DNA from: Eledone cirrhosa
Lineage: Eukaryota
Length of the DNA: 64,000 bases
Assembly (NCBI GenBank): GCA_964016885.1
Contig: OZ024741.1
Coordinates: forward strand, 100,502,001 to 100,566,000
Direction: 5' to 3'
Made by a program: the position numbers and the translations under genes. Below, in pieces: positions 14,201-28,800 of the stretch (within the stretch, counting starts at the first letter, position 1; every line of letters begins with the position of its first letter). The notes beneath the pieces were generated by a model that saw only the letters and a program-made list of their open reading frames with translations, was not told the origin of the DNA and searched no databases.

Positions 14201-17200
14201 GTTTTACATAGGTGGTGCTTTATGTCCTAGTGTGTTATGTTCTAGTATTTTACATAAGTGGCGCTTTATGTCCTAGTGTGATATGTTGTAGTGTTTTACA
14301 TAGGTGGTGCTTTATGTCCTAGTGTGTTATGTTGTAGTGTTTTACATAGGTGGTGCTTTATGTCGTAGTGTGTTATGCTGTAGTGTTTTACATAGGTGGT
14401 GCTTTATGTCCTGGTGTGTTATGTTGTAGCGTTTTACATAGGTGGTGCTTTATGTCCTAGTGTGTTATGTTGTAGTGTTTTACATAGGTGGTGCTTTATG
14501 TCCTAGTGTGTTATGTTGTAGTGTTTTACATAGGTGGTGCTTTATGTCCTAATGTGTTATGTTGTAGTGTTTTACATATGTGGTGCTTTATGTCCTAGTG
14601 TATTATGTTGTAGTGTTTTACATAGGTGGTTCTTTATGTCCTAGTGTGTTATGTTGTAGTATTTTACATAGGTGGTGCTTTATGTCCTAGTGTGTTATGT
14701 TTTAGTATTTTACATAGGTGGTGCTTTATGTCCTAGTGTGTTATGTTGTAGTGTTTTATATAGGTGGTGCTTTATTTCCTAGTGTGTTATGTTGTAGTAT
14801 TTTACATAGGTGGTCCTTTATGTCCTAGTGTGTTATGTTGTAGTGTTTTACATAGGTGGTGCTTTATGTCCTAGTGTGTTATGTTGTAGTATTTTACATA
14901 AGTGGTGCTTTATGTCCTAGTGTGTTATGTTGTAGTGTTTTACATAGGTGGTGCTTTATGTCCTAGTGTTTTATGTTGTAGTATTTTACAAAAGGGGGTG
15001 CTTTATGTCCTAGTGTGTTATGTTGTAGTGTTTTACATAGGTGGTGCTTTATGTCCTAGTGTGTTATGTTCTAGTATTTTACATAGGTGGTGCTGTATGC
15101 CCTAGTGTGTTATGTTCTAGTATTTTACATAGGTGGTGCTTTATGTCCTAGTGTGTTATGTTGTAGTATTTTACATAGGTGGTGCTTTATGTCCTAATGT
15201 GTTATGTTGTAGTGTTTAACATAGGTGGTGCTTTATGTCCTAGTGTGTTATGTTGTAGTGTTTTACATAGGTGGTGCTTTATGTCCTAGTGTGTTATGTT
15301 GTAGTGTTTTTCATAGGTGGTGCTTTATGTCCTAATGTGTTATGTTATAGTGTTTTACATAGGTGGTGCATTGTGTCCTAGTGTGTTATGTTGTAGTGTT
15401 TACATAGGTGGTGCTTTATGTCCTAGTGTGTTATATTGTAGTGTTTACATAGGTGGTGCTTTATGACCTAGTGTGTTATGTTGTAGTATTTTACATAGGT
15501 GGTGCTTTATGTCCTAGTGTGTTATGTTGTAGTATTTTACATAGGTGGTGCTTTATGTCCTAGTGTATTATGTTGTAGTGTTTTACATGGGTGGTGCTTT
15601 ATGTCCTAGTGTGTGATATTGTAGTGTTTGACATAGGTGGTGCTTTATGTCCTAGTGTGTTATGTTGTAGTATTTTACATAAGTGGTGCTTTATGTCCTA
15701 GTGTGTTATGCTGTAATATTTTACATAGGTGGTGCTTAATGTTCTAGTGTGTTATGTTGTAGTGTTTTACATAGGTGGTGCTTTATGTCCTAGTGTGTTA
15801 TGTTGTAGCATTTTACATAGGTGGTGCTTTATGTCCTAGTGTGTTATGTGGTAGTGTTTTACAGAGGTGGTGCTTTATGACCTAGTGTGTTATGTTGTAG
15901 TGTTTTACATAGGTGGTGCTTTATGTCCTAGTGTGTTATGTTGTAGTATTTTACATAGGTGGTGCTTTATGTCCTAGTGTGTTATGTTGTAGTGTTTTAC
16001 ATAGGTAGTGCTTTATGTCCTAGTGTGTTATGTTGTAGTGTTTTACATAGGTGGTGCTTTATGTCCTAGTGTGTTATGTTGTAGTGTTTTACATAGGTGC
16101 TGCTTTATGTCCTAGTGTGTTATGTTGTAGTGTTTTAAATAGGTGGTGTTTTATGTCCTAGTGTGTTATGTTGTAGTGTTTTACATAGGTGGTGCTTTAT
16201 GTCCTAGTGTGTTATGTTGTAGTGTTTTATATAGGTGGTGCTTTATGTCCTAATGTGTTATGTTGTAGTGTTTTACATAGGTTGTGCTTTATGTCCTAAT
16301 GTGTTATGTTGTAGTAGTTTACATAGGTTGTGCTTTATGTCCTAGTGTGTTATGTTGTAATATTTTACATAGGGGGTGCTTTATGTCCTAGTGTGTTATT
16401 TTGTAGTGTTTTACATAGGTAGTGCTTTATGTCCTAGTGTGTTATGTTGTAGTGTTTTACATAGGTGGTGCTTTATGTCCTAGTGTGTTATGTTGTAGTG
16501 TTTTTCATAGGTGGTGCTTTATGTCCTAATGTGTTATGTTGTAGTGTTTTACATAGGTGGTGCTTTATGACCTAGTGTGTTATGTCGTAGTATTTTACAT
16601 AGGTGGTGTTTTATGTCCTAGTGTGATATGTTGTAGTGTTTTACATAGGTGGTGCTTTATGTCCTAGTGTGTTATGTTGTAGTGTTTTACATAGGTGGTG
16701 CTTTATGTCCTAATGTGTTATGTTGTAGTGTTTTACATAGATGGTGCTTTATCTCCTAGTGTGTTATGTTGTAGTATTTTACATAGGTTGTGCTTTATGT
16801 CCTAGTGTGTTATGTTGTAGTATTTTACATAGGGGGTGCTTTATATCCTAGTGTGTTATTTTGTAGTGTTTTACATAGGTAGTGCTTTATGTCCTAGTGT
16901 GTTATGTTGTAGTGTTTTACATAGGTGGTGCTTTATGTCCTAGTGTGTTATGTTGTAGTGTTTTACATAGGTGGTGCTTTATGTCTTGGTGTGTTATGTT
17001 GTAGTGTTTTATATAGGTGGTGCTTTATGTCCTAGTGTGTTATGTTGTAGTGTTTTACATAGGTAGTGCTTTATGTTCTAGTGTGTTATGTTGTAGTATC
17101 TTACATAGGTGGTGCTTAATGTCCTAGTGTGTTATATTGTAGTATTTTACATAGGTTGTGCTTTATCTCCTAGTGTGTTATGTTGTAGTGTTTTACATAG

Positions 17201-20200
17201 GTGGTGCTTTATGTCCTAGTGTGTTATGTTGTAGTGTTTTACATAGGTGGTGCTTTATGTCCTAGTGTGTTATGTTCTAGTATTTTACATAGGTGGTGCT
17301 GTATGCCCTAGTGTGTTATGTTCTAGTATTTTACATAGGTGGTGCTTTATGTCCTAGTGTTTTATGTTGTAGTATTTTACATAGGTGGTGCTTTATGTCC
17401 TAATGTGTTATGTTGTAGTGTTTAACATAGGTGGTGCTTTATGTCCTAGTGTGTTATGTTGTAGTGTTTTACATAGGTGGTGCTTTATGTCCTAGTGTGT
17501 TATGTTGTAGTGTTTTTCATAGGTGGTGCTTTATGTCCTAATGTGTTATGTTGTAGTGTTTTACATAGGTGGTGCTTTGTGTCCTAGTGTGTTATGTTGT
17601 AGTGTTTACATAGGTGGTGCTTTATGTCCTAGTGTGTTATGTTGTAGTATTTTACATAGGTGGTGCTTTATGTCCTAGTGTGTTATATTGTAGTGTTTAC
17701 ATAGGTGGTGCTTTATGACCTAGTGTGTTATGTTGTAGTATTTTACATAGGTGGTGCTTTATGTCCTAGTGTGTTATGTTGTAGTATTTTACATAGGTGG
17801 TGCTTTATGTCCTAGTGTGTTATGTTGTAGTAATTTACATAGGTGGTGCTTTATGTCCTAGTGTATTATGTTGTAGTGTTTTACATGGGTGGTGCTTTAT
17901 GTCCTAGTGTGTGATATTGTAGTGTTTGACATAGGTAGTGCTTTATGTCCTAGTGTGTTATGTTGTAGTATTTTACATAAGTGGTGCTTTATGTCCTAGT
18001 GTGTTATGCTGTAATATTTTACATAGGTGGTGCTTAATGTCCTAGTGTGTTATGTTGTAGTGTTTTACATAGGTGGTGCTTTATGTCCTAGTGTGTTATG
18101 TTGTAGCATTTTACATAGGTGGTGCTATATGTCCTAGTGTGTTATGTGGTAGTGTTTTACAAAGGTGGTGCTTTATGACCTAGTGTGTTATGTTGTAGTG
18201 TTTTACATAGGTGGTGCTTTATGTCCTAGTGTGTTATGTTGTAGTATTTTACATAGGTGGTGCTTTATATCCTAGTGTGTTATGTTGTAGTGTTTTACAT
18301 AGGTGGTGCTTTATTTCCTAATGTGTTATGTTGTAGTGTTTTACATAGGTGGTGCTTTATGTCCTAGTGTGTTATGTTGTAGTGTTTTACATAGGTGGTG
18401 CTTTATGACCTAGTGTGTTATGTTGTAGTATTTTACATAGGTGGTGTTTTATGTCCTAGTGTGTTATGTTGTAGTGTTTTACATAGGTTGTGCTTTATGT
18501 CCTAGTGTGTTATGTTGTAGTGTTTTACATAAGTGGTTCTTTATGTCCTAGTGTGTTATGTTGTAGTATTTTACATAGGTTGTGCTTTATGTCCTAGTGT
18601 GTTATGTTGTAGTGTTTTACATAAGTGGTTCTTTATGTCCTAGTGTGTTATGTTGTAGTATTTTACATAGGTGGTGCTTTATGTCCTAGTGTGTTATGTT
18701 GTAGTGTTTTACATAGGTAGTGCTTTATGTCCTAGTGTGTTATGCTGTAGTGTTTTACATAGGTGGTGCTTTATCTCCTAGTGTGTTATGTTGTAGTATT
18801 TTACATAGGTGGTGCTTTATGTCCTAGTGTGTTATGTTGTAGTGTTTTACATAGGTGGTGCTTTATGTCCTAGTGTGTTATGTTGTAGTATTTTACATAG
18901 GTGCTGCTTAATGTCCTAGTGTGTTATATTGTAGTATTTTACATATGTGGTGCTTGATCTCCTAGTGTGTTATGTTGTAGTGTTTTACATAGGTGGTGCT
19001 TTGTGTCCTAGTGTGTTATGTTGTAGTGTTTACATAGGTGGTGCTTTATGTCCTAGTGTGTTATATTGTAGTGTTTACATAGGTGGTGCTTTATGACCTA
19101 GTGTGTTATGTTGTAGTATTTTACATAGGTGGTGCTTTATGTCCTAGTGTGTTATGTTGTAGTATTTTACATAGGTGGTGCTTTATGTCCTAGTGTGTTA
19201 TGTTGTAGTAATTTACATAGGTGGTGCTTTATGTCCTAGTGTATTATGTTGTAGTGTTTTACATGGGTGGTGCTTTATGTCCTAGTGTGTGATATTGTAG
19301 TGTTTGACATAGGTGGTGCTTTATGTCCTAGTGTGTTATGTTGTAGTATTTTACATAAGTGGTGCTTTATGTCCTAGTGTGTTATGCTGTAATATTTTAC
19401 ATAGGTGGTGCTTAATGTCCTAGTGTGTTATGTTGTAGTGTTTTACATAGGTGGTGCTTTATGTCCTAGTGTGTTATGTTGTAGCATTTTACATAGGTGG
19501 TGCTTTATGTCCTAGTGTGTTATGTGGTAGTGTTTTACAAAGGTGGTGCTTTATGACCTTGTGTGTTATGTTGTAGTGTTTTACATAGGTGGTGCTTTAT
19601 GTCCTAGTGTGTTATGTTGTAGTATTTTACATAGGTGGTGCTTTATGTCCTAGTGTGTTATGTTGTAGTGTTTTACATAGGTGGTGCTTTATTTCCTAAT
19701 GTGTTATGTTGTAGTGTTTTACATAGGTGGTGCTTTATGTCCTAGTGTGTTATGTTGTAGTGTTTTACATAGGTGGTGCTTTATGACCTAGTGTGTTATG
19801 TTGTAGTATTTTACATAGGTGGTGTTTTATGTCCTAGTGTGTTATGTTGTAGTGTTTTACATAGGTTGTGCTTTATGTCCTAGTGTGAAATGTTGTAGTG
19901 TTTTACAAAAGTGGTTCTTTATGTCCTAGTGTGTTATGTTGTAGTATTTTACATAGGTGGTGCTTTATGTCCTAGTGTGTTATGTTGTAGTGTTTTACAT
20001 AGGTAGTGCTTTATGTCCTAGTGTGTTATGTTGTAGTGTTTTACATAGGTGGTGCTTTATCTCCTAGTGTGTTATGTTGTAGTATTTTACATAGGTGGTG
20101 CTTTATGTCCTAGTGTGTTATGTTGTAGTGTTTTACATAGGTGGTGCTTTATGTCCTAGTGTGTTATGTTGTAGTATTTTACATAGGTGCTGCTTAATGT

Positions 20201-22899
20201 CCTAGTGTGTTATATTGTAGTATTTTACATAGGTGGTGCTTGATCTCCTAGTGTGTTATGTTGTAGTGTTTTACACAGGTGGTGCTTTATATCCTAGTAT
20301 GTTATGTTGTAGTGTTTTACATAGGTGCTGCGTTATGTCCTAATGTGCTATGTTGTAGAGTTTACATAGGTGGTGCTTTATGTCCTAGTGTGATATGTTG
20401 TAGTGTTTTACATAGGTGGTGCTTTATGTCCTAGTGTGTTATGTTCTAGTATTTTACATAGGTGGTGCTTTATGTCCTAGTGTGTTATGTTGTAGTGTTT
20501 TACATAGGTGGTGCTTTATGTCCTTGTGTGTTATGTTGTAGTATTTTACATAGGTGGTGCTTTATGTCCTAGTGTGTTATGTTGTAGTATTTTACATAGG
20601 GGGTGCTTTATGTCCTAGTGTGTTATGTTGTAGTGTTTTACATAGGTGGTGCTTTATGTCCTAGTGTGTTATGTTGTAGTATTTTACATAGGGGGTGCTT
20701 TATGTCCTAGTGTGTTATGTTGTAGTGTTTTACATAGGTGGTGCTTTATTTCCTAATGTGTTATGTTGTAGTGTTTTACATAGGTGGTGCTTTATGTCCT
20801 AGTGTGTTATGTTGTAGTGTTTTACATAGGTGGTGCTTTATGACCTAGTGTGTTATGTTGTAGTATTTTACATAGGTGGTGTTTTATGTCCTAGTGTGTT
20901 ATGTTGTAGTGTTTTACATAGGTTGTGCTTTATGTCCTAGTGTGTTATGTTGTAGTGTTTTACATAAGTGGTTCTTTATGTCCTAGTGTGTCATGTTGTA
21001 GTATTTTACATAGGTGGTGCTTTATGTCCTAGTGTGTTATGTTGTAGTGTTTTACATAGGTAGTGCTTTATGTCCTAGTGTGTTATGTTGTAGTGTTTTA
21101 CATAGGTGGTGCTTTATCTCCTAGTGTGTTATGTTGTAGTATTTTACATAGGTGGTGCTTTATGTCCTAGTGTGTTATGTTGTAGTATTTTACATAGGTG
21201 CTGCTTAATGTCCTAGTGTGTTATATTGTAGTATTTTACATAGGTGGTGCTTTATCTCCTAGTGTGTTATGTTGTAGTGTTTTACACAGGTGGTGCTTTA
21301 TGTCCTAGTATGTTATGTTGTAGTGTTTTACATAGGTGCTGCGTTATGTCCTAATGTGCTATGTTGTAGAGTTTACATAGGTGGTGCTTTATGTCCTAGT
21401 GTGTTATGTTGTAGTGTTTTACATAGGTGGTGCTTTATGTCCTAGTGTGTTATGTTGTAGTGTTTTACATAGGTGGTGCTTTATGTCCTTGTGTGTTATG
21501 TTGTAGTATTTTACATAGGTGGTGCTTTATGTCCTAGTGTGTTATGTTGTAGTATTTTACATAGGGGGTGCTTTATGTCCTAGTGTGTTATGTTGTAGTG
21601 TTTTACATAGGTGGTGCTTTATGTCCTAGTGTGTTATGTTGTAGTATTTTACATAGGGGGTGCTTTATGTCCTAGTGTGTTATGTTGTAGTGTTTTACAT
21701 AGGTGGTGCTTTATGTCCTAGTGTGTTATGTTGTAGTATTTTACATAGGGGGTGCTTTATGTCCTAGTGTGTTATGTTGTAGTGTTTTACATAGGTGGTG
21801 CTTTATGTCCTAGTGTGTTATGTTGTAGTGTTTTACATAGGTGGTGCTTTATGTCCTAGTGTGTTATATTGTAGTGTTTACATAGGTGGTGCTTTATGTC
21901 ATAGTGTGTTATGTTGTAGTGTTTTACATAGGTGGTGCTTTATGTCCTAGTGTGTTATGTTGTAGTATTTTACATAGGTGCTGCTTAATGTCCTAGTGTG
22001 TTATATTGTATTATTTTACATAGGTGGTGCTTTATCTCCTAGTGTGTTATGTTGTAGTGTTTTACATAGGTGGTGCTTTATGTCCTAGTATGTTATGTTG
22101 TAGTGTTTTACATAGGTGCTGCGTTATGTCCTAATGTGCTATGTTGTAGAGTTTACATAGGTGGTGCTTTATGTCCTAGTGTGTTATGTTGTAGTGTTTT
22201 ACATAGGTGGTGCTTTATGTCCTAGTGTGTTATGTTGTAGTATTTTACAAAATGGGGTGCTTTATGTCCTAGTGTGTTATGTTGTAGTGTTTTACATAGG
22301 TGGTGCTTTATGTCCTAGTGTGTTATGTTGTAGTGTTTTACATAGGTGGTGCTTTATGTCCTAGTGTGTTATGTTGTAGTATTTTACATAGGTGGTGCTT
22401 TATCTCCTAGTGTGTTATGTTGTATTGTTTTACTTAGGTGGTGCTTTATGTCCTAGTGTGTTATGTTGTAGTGTTTTACATAGGTGGTGCTTTATGTCCT
22501 AGTGTGTTATGTTGTAGTATTTTACATAGGTGGTGCTTTATGTCCTAGTGTGTTATGTTGTAGCACTTTACATAGGTGGTGCTTTATGACCTAGTGTGTT
22601 ATGTTGTAGTATTTTACATATGTGGTGCTTTATGTCCTAGTGTGTTATGTTGTAGTGTTTTAAATAGGTGGTGCTTTATGTCCTAGTGGGTTATGTTGTA
22701 GTGTTTTACATAGGTGGTGCTTTATGTCCTAGTGTGTTATGTTGTAGTGTTTTACATAGGTGGTGCTTTATGTCCTAGTGTATTATGTTGTAGTGTTTTA
22801 CATATGTGCTGCTTTATGTCCTAGTGTGTTATGTTGTAGTGTTTTACATAGGTGGTGCTTTATGTCCTAGTGTGTTATGTTGTAGTGTTTTACATAGGT

Positions 22900-25800
22900 G
22901 GTGCTTTATGTCCTAGTGTGTTATGTTGTAGTGTTTTACATAGGTGGTGCTTTATGACCTAGTGTGTTATGTTGTAGTATTTTACATATGTGGTGCTTTA
23001 TGTCCTAGTGTGTTATGTTGTAGTGTTTTACATAGGTGGTGCTTTATGTCCTAGTGTATTATGTTGTATTTTTTACATAGGTGGTGCTTTATGTCCTAGT
23101 GTGTTATGTTGTAGTGTTTTACATAGGTGCTGCTTTATGTCCTAGTGACTTATGTTGTAGTGTTTTACATAGTTGGTGCTTTATGTCCTAGTGTGTTATG
23201 TTGTAGTGTTTTACATAGGTGCTGCTTTATGTCCTAGTGACTTATGTTGTAGTGTTTTACATAGTTGGTGCTTTATGTCCTAGTGTGTTATGTTGTAGTG
23301 TTTTACATAGGTGGTGCTTTATGTCCTAGTGTGTTATGTTGTAGTATTTTACATAGGAGGTGCTTTATGTTCTAGTGTGTTATGTTGTAGTGTTTTACAT
23401 AGGTGGTGCTTATGACCTAGTGTGTTATGTTGTAGTGTTTTACATAGGTGGTGCTTTATGTCCTAGTGTATTATGTTCTAGTATTTTACATAGGTGGTGC
23501 TTTATGTCCTAGTGTGTTATGTTGTAGTATTTTACATAGAAGGTGCTTAATGTCCTAGTGTATTATGTTGTAGTGTTTTACATAGGTGGTGCTTTATTTC
23601 CTAGTGTGTTATGTTGTAGTGTTTTACATAGGTGGTGCTTTATGTCCTAGTGTGTTATGTTGTAGTGTTTTCCATAGGTGGTGCTTTATGTCCTAGTGTG
23701 TTATGTTGTAGTATTTTACATAGGTGGTGCTTAATGTCCTAGTGTGTTATATTGTAGTATTTTACATAGGTGGTGCTTTATCTCCTAGTGTGTTATGTTG
23801 TAGTGTTTTCCATATGTGGTGCTTTATGTCCTAGTGTGTTATGTTGTAGTATTTTACATAGGTGGTGCTTTATGTCCTAGTGTGTTATGTTGTAGTGTTT
23901 TACATAGGTGGTGCTTTATGTCCTAGTGTGTTATGTTGTAGTATTTTACATAGGTGGTGCTTTATGTCCTAGTGTGTTATGTTGTAGTATTTTACATAGG
24001 TGGTGCTTTATGTCCTAGTGTGTTATCTTGTAGTGTTTTACATAGGTGGTGCTTTATGTCCTAGTGTGTTATGTTGTAGTATTTTACATAGGTGGTCCTT
24101 TATGTCCTAGTGTGTTATGTTGTAGTGTTTTACATAGGTGGTGCTTTATGTCCTAGTGTGTTATGTTGTAGTATTTTACATAGGTGGTGCTTTATGTCAT
24201 AGTGTATTATGTTGTAGAGTTTTACATAGGTTGTGCTTTATGTCCTAGTGTGTTATGTTGTAGTATTTTACATAGGTGGTGCTTTATGTCATAGTGTATT
24301 ATGTTGTAGAGTTTTACATAGGTTGTGCTTTATGTCCTAGTGTGTTATGTTGTAGTATTTTACATAGGTGGTGCTTTATGTCCTAGTGTGTTATGTTGTA
24401 GTGTTTTACATAGGTTGTGCTTTATGTCCTAGTGTGTTATGTTGTAGTGTTTTACATAAGTGGTTCTTTATGTCCTAGTGTGTTATGTTGTAGTATTTTA
24501 CATAGGTTGTGCTTTATGTCCTAGTGTGTTATGTTGTAGTGTTTTACATAAGTGGTTCTTTATGTCCTAGTGTGTTATGTTGTAGTATTTTACATAGGTG
24601 GTGCTTTATGTCCTAGTGTGTTATGTTGTAGTGTTTTACATAGGTAGTGCTTTATGTCCTAGTGTGTTATGCTGTAGTGTTTTACATAGGTGGTGCTTTA
24701 TCTCCTAGTGTGTTATGTTGTAGTATTTTACATAGGTGGTGCTTTATGTCCTAGTGTGTTATGTTGTAGTGTTTTACATAGGTGGTGCTTTATGTCCTAG
24801 TGTGTTATGTTGTAGTATTTTACATAGGTGCTGCTTAATGTCCTAGTGTGTTATATTGTAGTATTTTACATATGTGGTGCTTGATCTCCTAGTGTGTTAT
24901 GTTGTAGTGTTTTACATAGGTGGTGCTTTGTGTCCTAGTGTGTTATGTTGTAGTGTTTACATAGGTGGTGCTTTATGTCCTAGTGTGTTATGTTGTAGTA
25001 TTTTACATAGGTGGTGCTTTATGTCCTAGTGTGTTATATTGTAGTGTTTACATAGGTGGTGCTTTATGACCTAGTGTGTTATGTTGTAGTATTTTACATA
25101 GGTGGTGCTTTATGTCCTAGTGTGTTATGTTGTAGTATTTTACATAGGTGGTGCTTTATGTCCTAGTGTGTTATGTTGTAGTAATTTACATAGGTGGTGC
25201 TTTATGTCCTAGTGTATTATGTTGTAGTGTTTTACATGGGTGGTGCTTTATGTCCTAGTGTGTGATATTGTAGTGTTTGACATAGGTGGTGCTTTATGTC
25301 CTAGTGTGTTATGTTGTAGTATTTTACATAAGTGGTGCTTTATGTCCTAGTGTGTTATGCTGTAATATTTTACATAGGTGGTGCTTAATGTCCTAGTGTG
25401 TTATGTTGTAGTGTTTTACATAGGTGGTGCTTTATGTCCTAGTGTGTTATGTTGTAGCATTTTACATAGGTGGTGCTTTATGTCCTAGTGTGTTATGTGG
25501 TAGTGTTTTACAAAGGTGGTGCTTTATGACCTTGTGTGTTATGTTGTAGTGTTTTACATAGGTGGTGCTTTATGTCCTAGTGTGTTATGTTGTAGTATTT
25601 TACATAGGTGGTGCTTTATGTCCTAGTGTGTTATGTTGTAGTGTTTTACATAGGTGGTGCTTTATTTCCTAATGTGTTATGTTGTAGTGTTTTACATAGG
25701 TGGTGCTTTATGTCCTAGTGTGTTATGTTGTAGTGTTTTACATAGGTGGTGCTTTATGACCTAGTGTGTTATGTTGTAGTATTTTACATAGGTGGTGTTT

Positions 25801-28800
25801 TATGTCCTAGTGTGTTATGTTGTAGTGTTTTACATAGGTTGTGCTTTATGTCCTAGTGTGTTATGTTGTAGTGTTTTACAAAAGTGGTTCTTTATGTCCT
25901 AGTGTGTTATGTTGTAGTATTTTACATAGGTGGTGCTTTATGTCCTAGTGTGTTATGTTGTAGTGTTTTACATAGGTAGTGCTTTATGTCCTAGTGTGTT
26001 ATGTTGTAGTGTTTTACATAGGTGGTGCTTTATCTCCTAGTGTGTTATGTTGTAGTATTTTACATAGGTGGTGCTTTATGTCCTAGTGTGTTATGTTGTA
26101 GTGTTTTACATAGGTGGTGCTTTATGTCCTAGTGTGTTATGTTGTAGTATTTTACATAGGTGCTGCTTAATGTCCTAGTGTGTTATATTGTAGTATTTTA
26201 CATAGGTGGTGCTTGATCTCCTAGTGTGTTATGTTGTAGTGTTTTACACAGGTGGTGCTTTATATCCTAGTATGTTATGTTGTAGTGTTTTACATAGGTG
26301 CTGCGTTATGTCCTAATGTGCTATGTTGTAGAGTTTACATAGGTGGTGCTTTATGTCCTAGTGTGTTATGTTGTAGTGTTTTACATAGGTGGTGCTTTAT
26401 GTCCTAGTGTGTTATGTTCTAGTATTTTACATAGGTGGTGCTTTATGTCCTAGTGTGTTATGTTGTAGTGTTTTACATAGGTGGTGCTTTATGTCCTTGT
26501 GTGTTATGTTGTAGTATTTTACATAGGTGGTGCTTTATGTCCTAGTGTGTTATGTTGTAGTATTTTACATAGGGGGTGCTTTATGTCCTAGTGTGTTATG
26601 TTGTAGTGTTTTACATAGGTGGTGCTTTATGTCCTAGTGTGTTATGTTGTAGTATTTTACATAGGGGGTGCTTTATGTCCTAGTGTGTTATGTTGTAGTG
26701 TTTTACATAGGTGGTGCTTTATTTCCTAATGTGTTATGTTGTAGTGTTTTACATAGGTGGTGCTTTATGTCCTAGTGTGTTATGTTGTAGTGTTTTACAT
26801 AGGTGGTGCTTTATGACCTAGTGTGTTATGTTGTAGTATTTTACATAGGTGGTGTTTTATGTCCTAGTGTGTTATGTTGTAGTGTTTTACATAGGTTGTG
26901 CTTTATGTCCTAGTGTGTTATGTTGTAGTGTTTTACATAAGTGGTTCTTTATGTCCTAGTGTGTTATGTTGTAGTATTTTACATAGGTGGTGCTTTATGT
27001 CCTAGTGTGTTATGTTGTAGTGTTTTACATAGGTAGTGCTTTATGTCCTAGTGTGTTATGTTGTAGTGTTTTACATAGGTGGTGCTTTATCTCCTAGTGT
27101 GTTATGTTGTAGTATTTTACATAGGTGGTGCTTTATGTCCTAGTGTGTTATGTTGTAGTGTTTTACATAGGTGGTGCTTTATGTCCTAGTGTGTTATGTT
27201 GTAGTATTTTACATAGGTGCTGCTTAATGTCCTAGTGTGTTATATTGTAGTATTTTACATAGGTGGTGCTTTATCTCCTAGTGTGTTATGTTGTAGTGTT
27301 TTACACAGGTGGTGCTTTATGTCCTAGTATGTTATGTTGTAGTGTTTTACATAGGTGCTGCGTTATGTCCTAATGTGCTATGTTGTAGAGTTTACATAGG
27401 TGGTGCTTTATGTCCTAGTGTGTTATGTTGTAGTGTTTTACATAGGTGGTGCTTTATGTCCTAGTGTGTTATGTTGTAGTGTTTTACATAGGTGGTGCTT
27501 TATGTCCTTGTGTGTTATGTTGTAGTATTTTACATAGGTGGTGCTTTATGTCCTAGTGTGTTATGTTGTAGTATTTTACATAGGGGGTGCTTTATGTCCT
27601 AGTGTGTTATGTTGTAGTGTTTTACATAGGTGGTGCTTTATGTCCTAGTGTGTTATGTTGTAGTATTTTACATAGGGGGTGCTTTATGTCCTAGTGTGTT
27701 ATGTTGTAGTGTTTTACATAGGTGGTGCTTTATGTCCTAGTGTGTTATGTTGTAGTATTTTACATAGGGGGTGCTTTATGTCCTAGTGTGTTATGTTGTA
27801 GTGTTTTACATAGGTGGTGCTTTATGTCCTAGTGTGTTATGTTGTAGTGTTTTACATAGGTGGTGCTTTATGTCCTAGTGTGTTATATTGTAGTGTTTAC
27901 ATAGGTGGTGCTTTATGTCCTAGTGTGTTATGTTGTAGTGTTTTACATAGGTGGTGCTTTATGTCCTAGTGTGTTATGTTGTAGTATTTTACATAGGTGC
28001 TGCTTAATGTCCTAGTGTGTTATATTGTATTATTTTACATAGGTGGTGCTTTATCTCCTAGTGTGTTATGTTGTAGTGTTTTACATAGGTGGTGCTTTAT
28101 GTCATAGTATGTTATGTTGTAGTGTTTTACATAGGTGCTGCGTTATGTCCTAATGTGCTATGTTGTAGAGTTTACATAGGTGGTGCTTTATGTCCTAGTG
28201 TGTTATGTTGTAGTGTTTTACATAGGTGGTGCTTTATGTCCTAGTGTGTTATGTTGTAGTATTTTACAAAATGGGGTGCTTTATGTCCTAGTGTGTTATG
28301 TTGTAGTGTTTTACATAGGTGGTGCTTTATGTCCTAGTGTGTTATGTTGTAGTGTTTTACATAGGTGGTGCTTTATGTCCTAGTGTGTTATGTTGTAGTA
28401 TTTTACATAGGTGGTGCTTTATCACCTAGTGTGTTATGTTGTATTGTTTTACTTAGGTGGTGCTTTATGTCCTAGTGTGTTATGTTGTAGTATTTTACAT
28501 AGGTGGTGCTTTATGTCCTAGTGTGTTATGTTGTAGTGTTTTACATAGGTGGTGCTTTATTTCCTAATGTGTTATGTTGTAGTGTTTTACATAGGTGGTG
28601 CTTTATGTCCTAGTGTGTTATGTTGTAGTGTTTTACATAGGTGGTGCTTTATGACCTAGTGTGTTATGTTGTAGTATTTTACATAGGTGGTGTTTTATGT
28701 CCTAGTGTGTTATGTTGTAGTGTTTTACATAGGTTGTGCTTTATGTCCTAGTGTGTTATGTTGTAGTGTTTTACAAAAGTGGTTCTTTATGTCCTAGTGT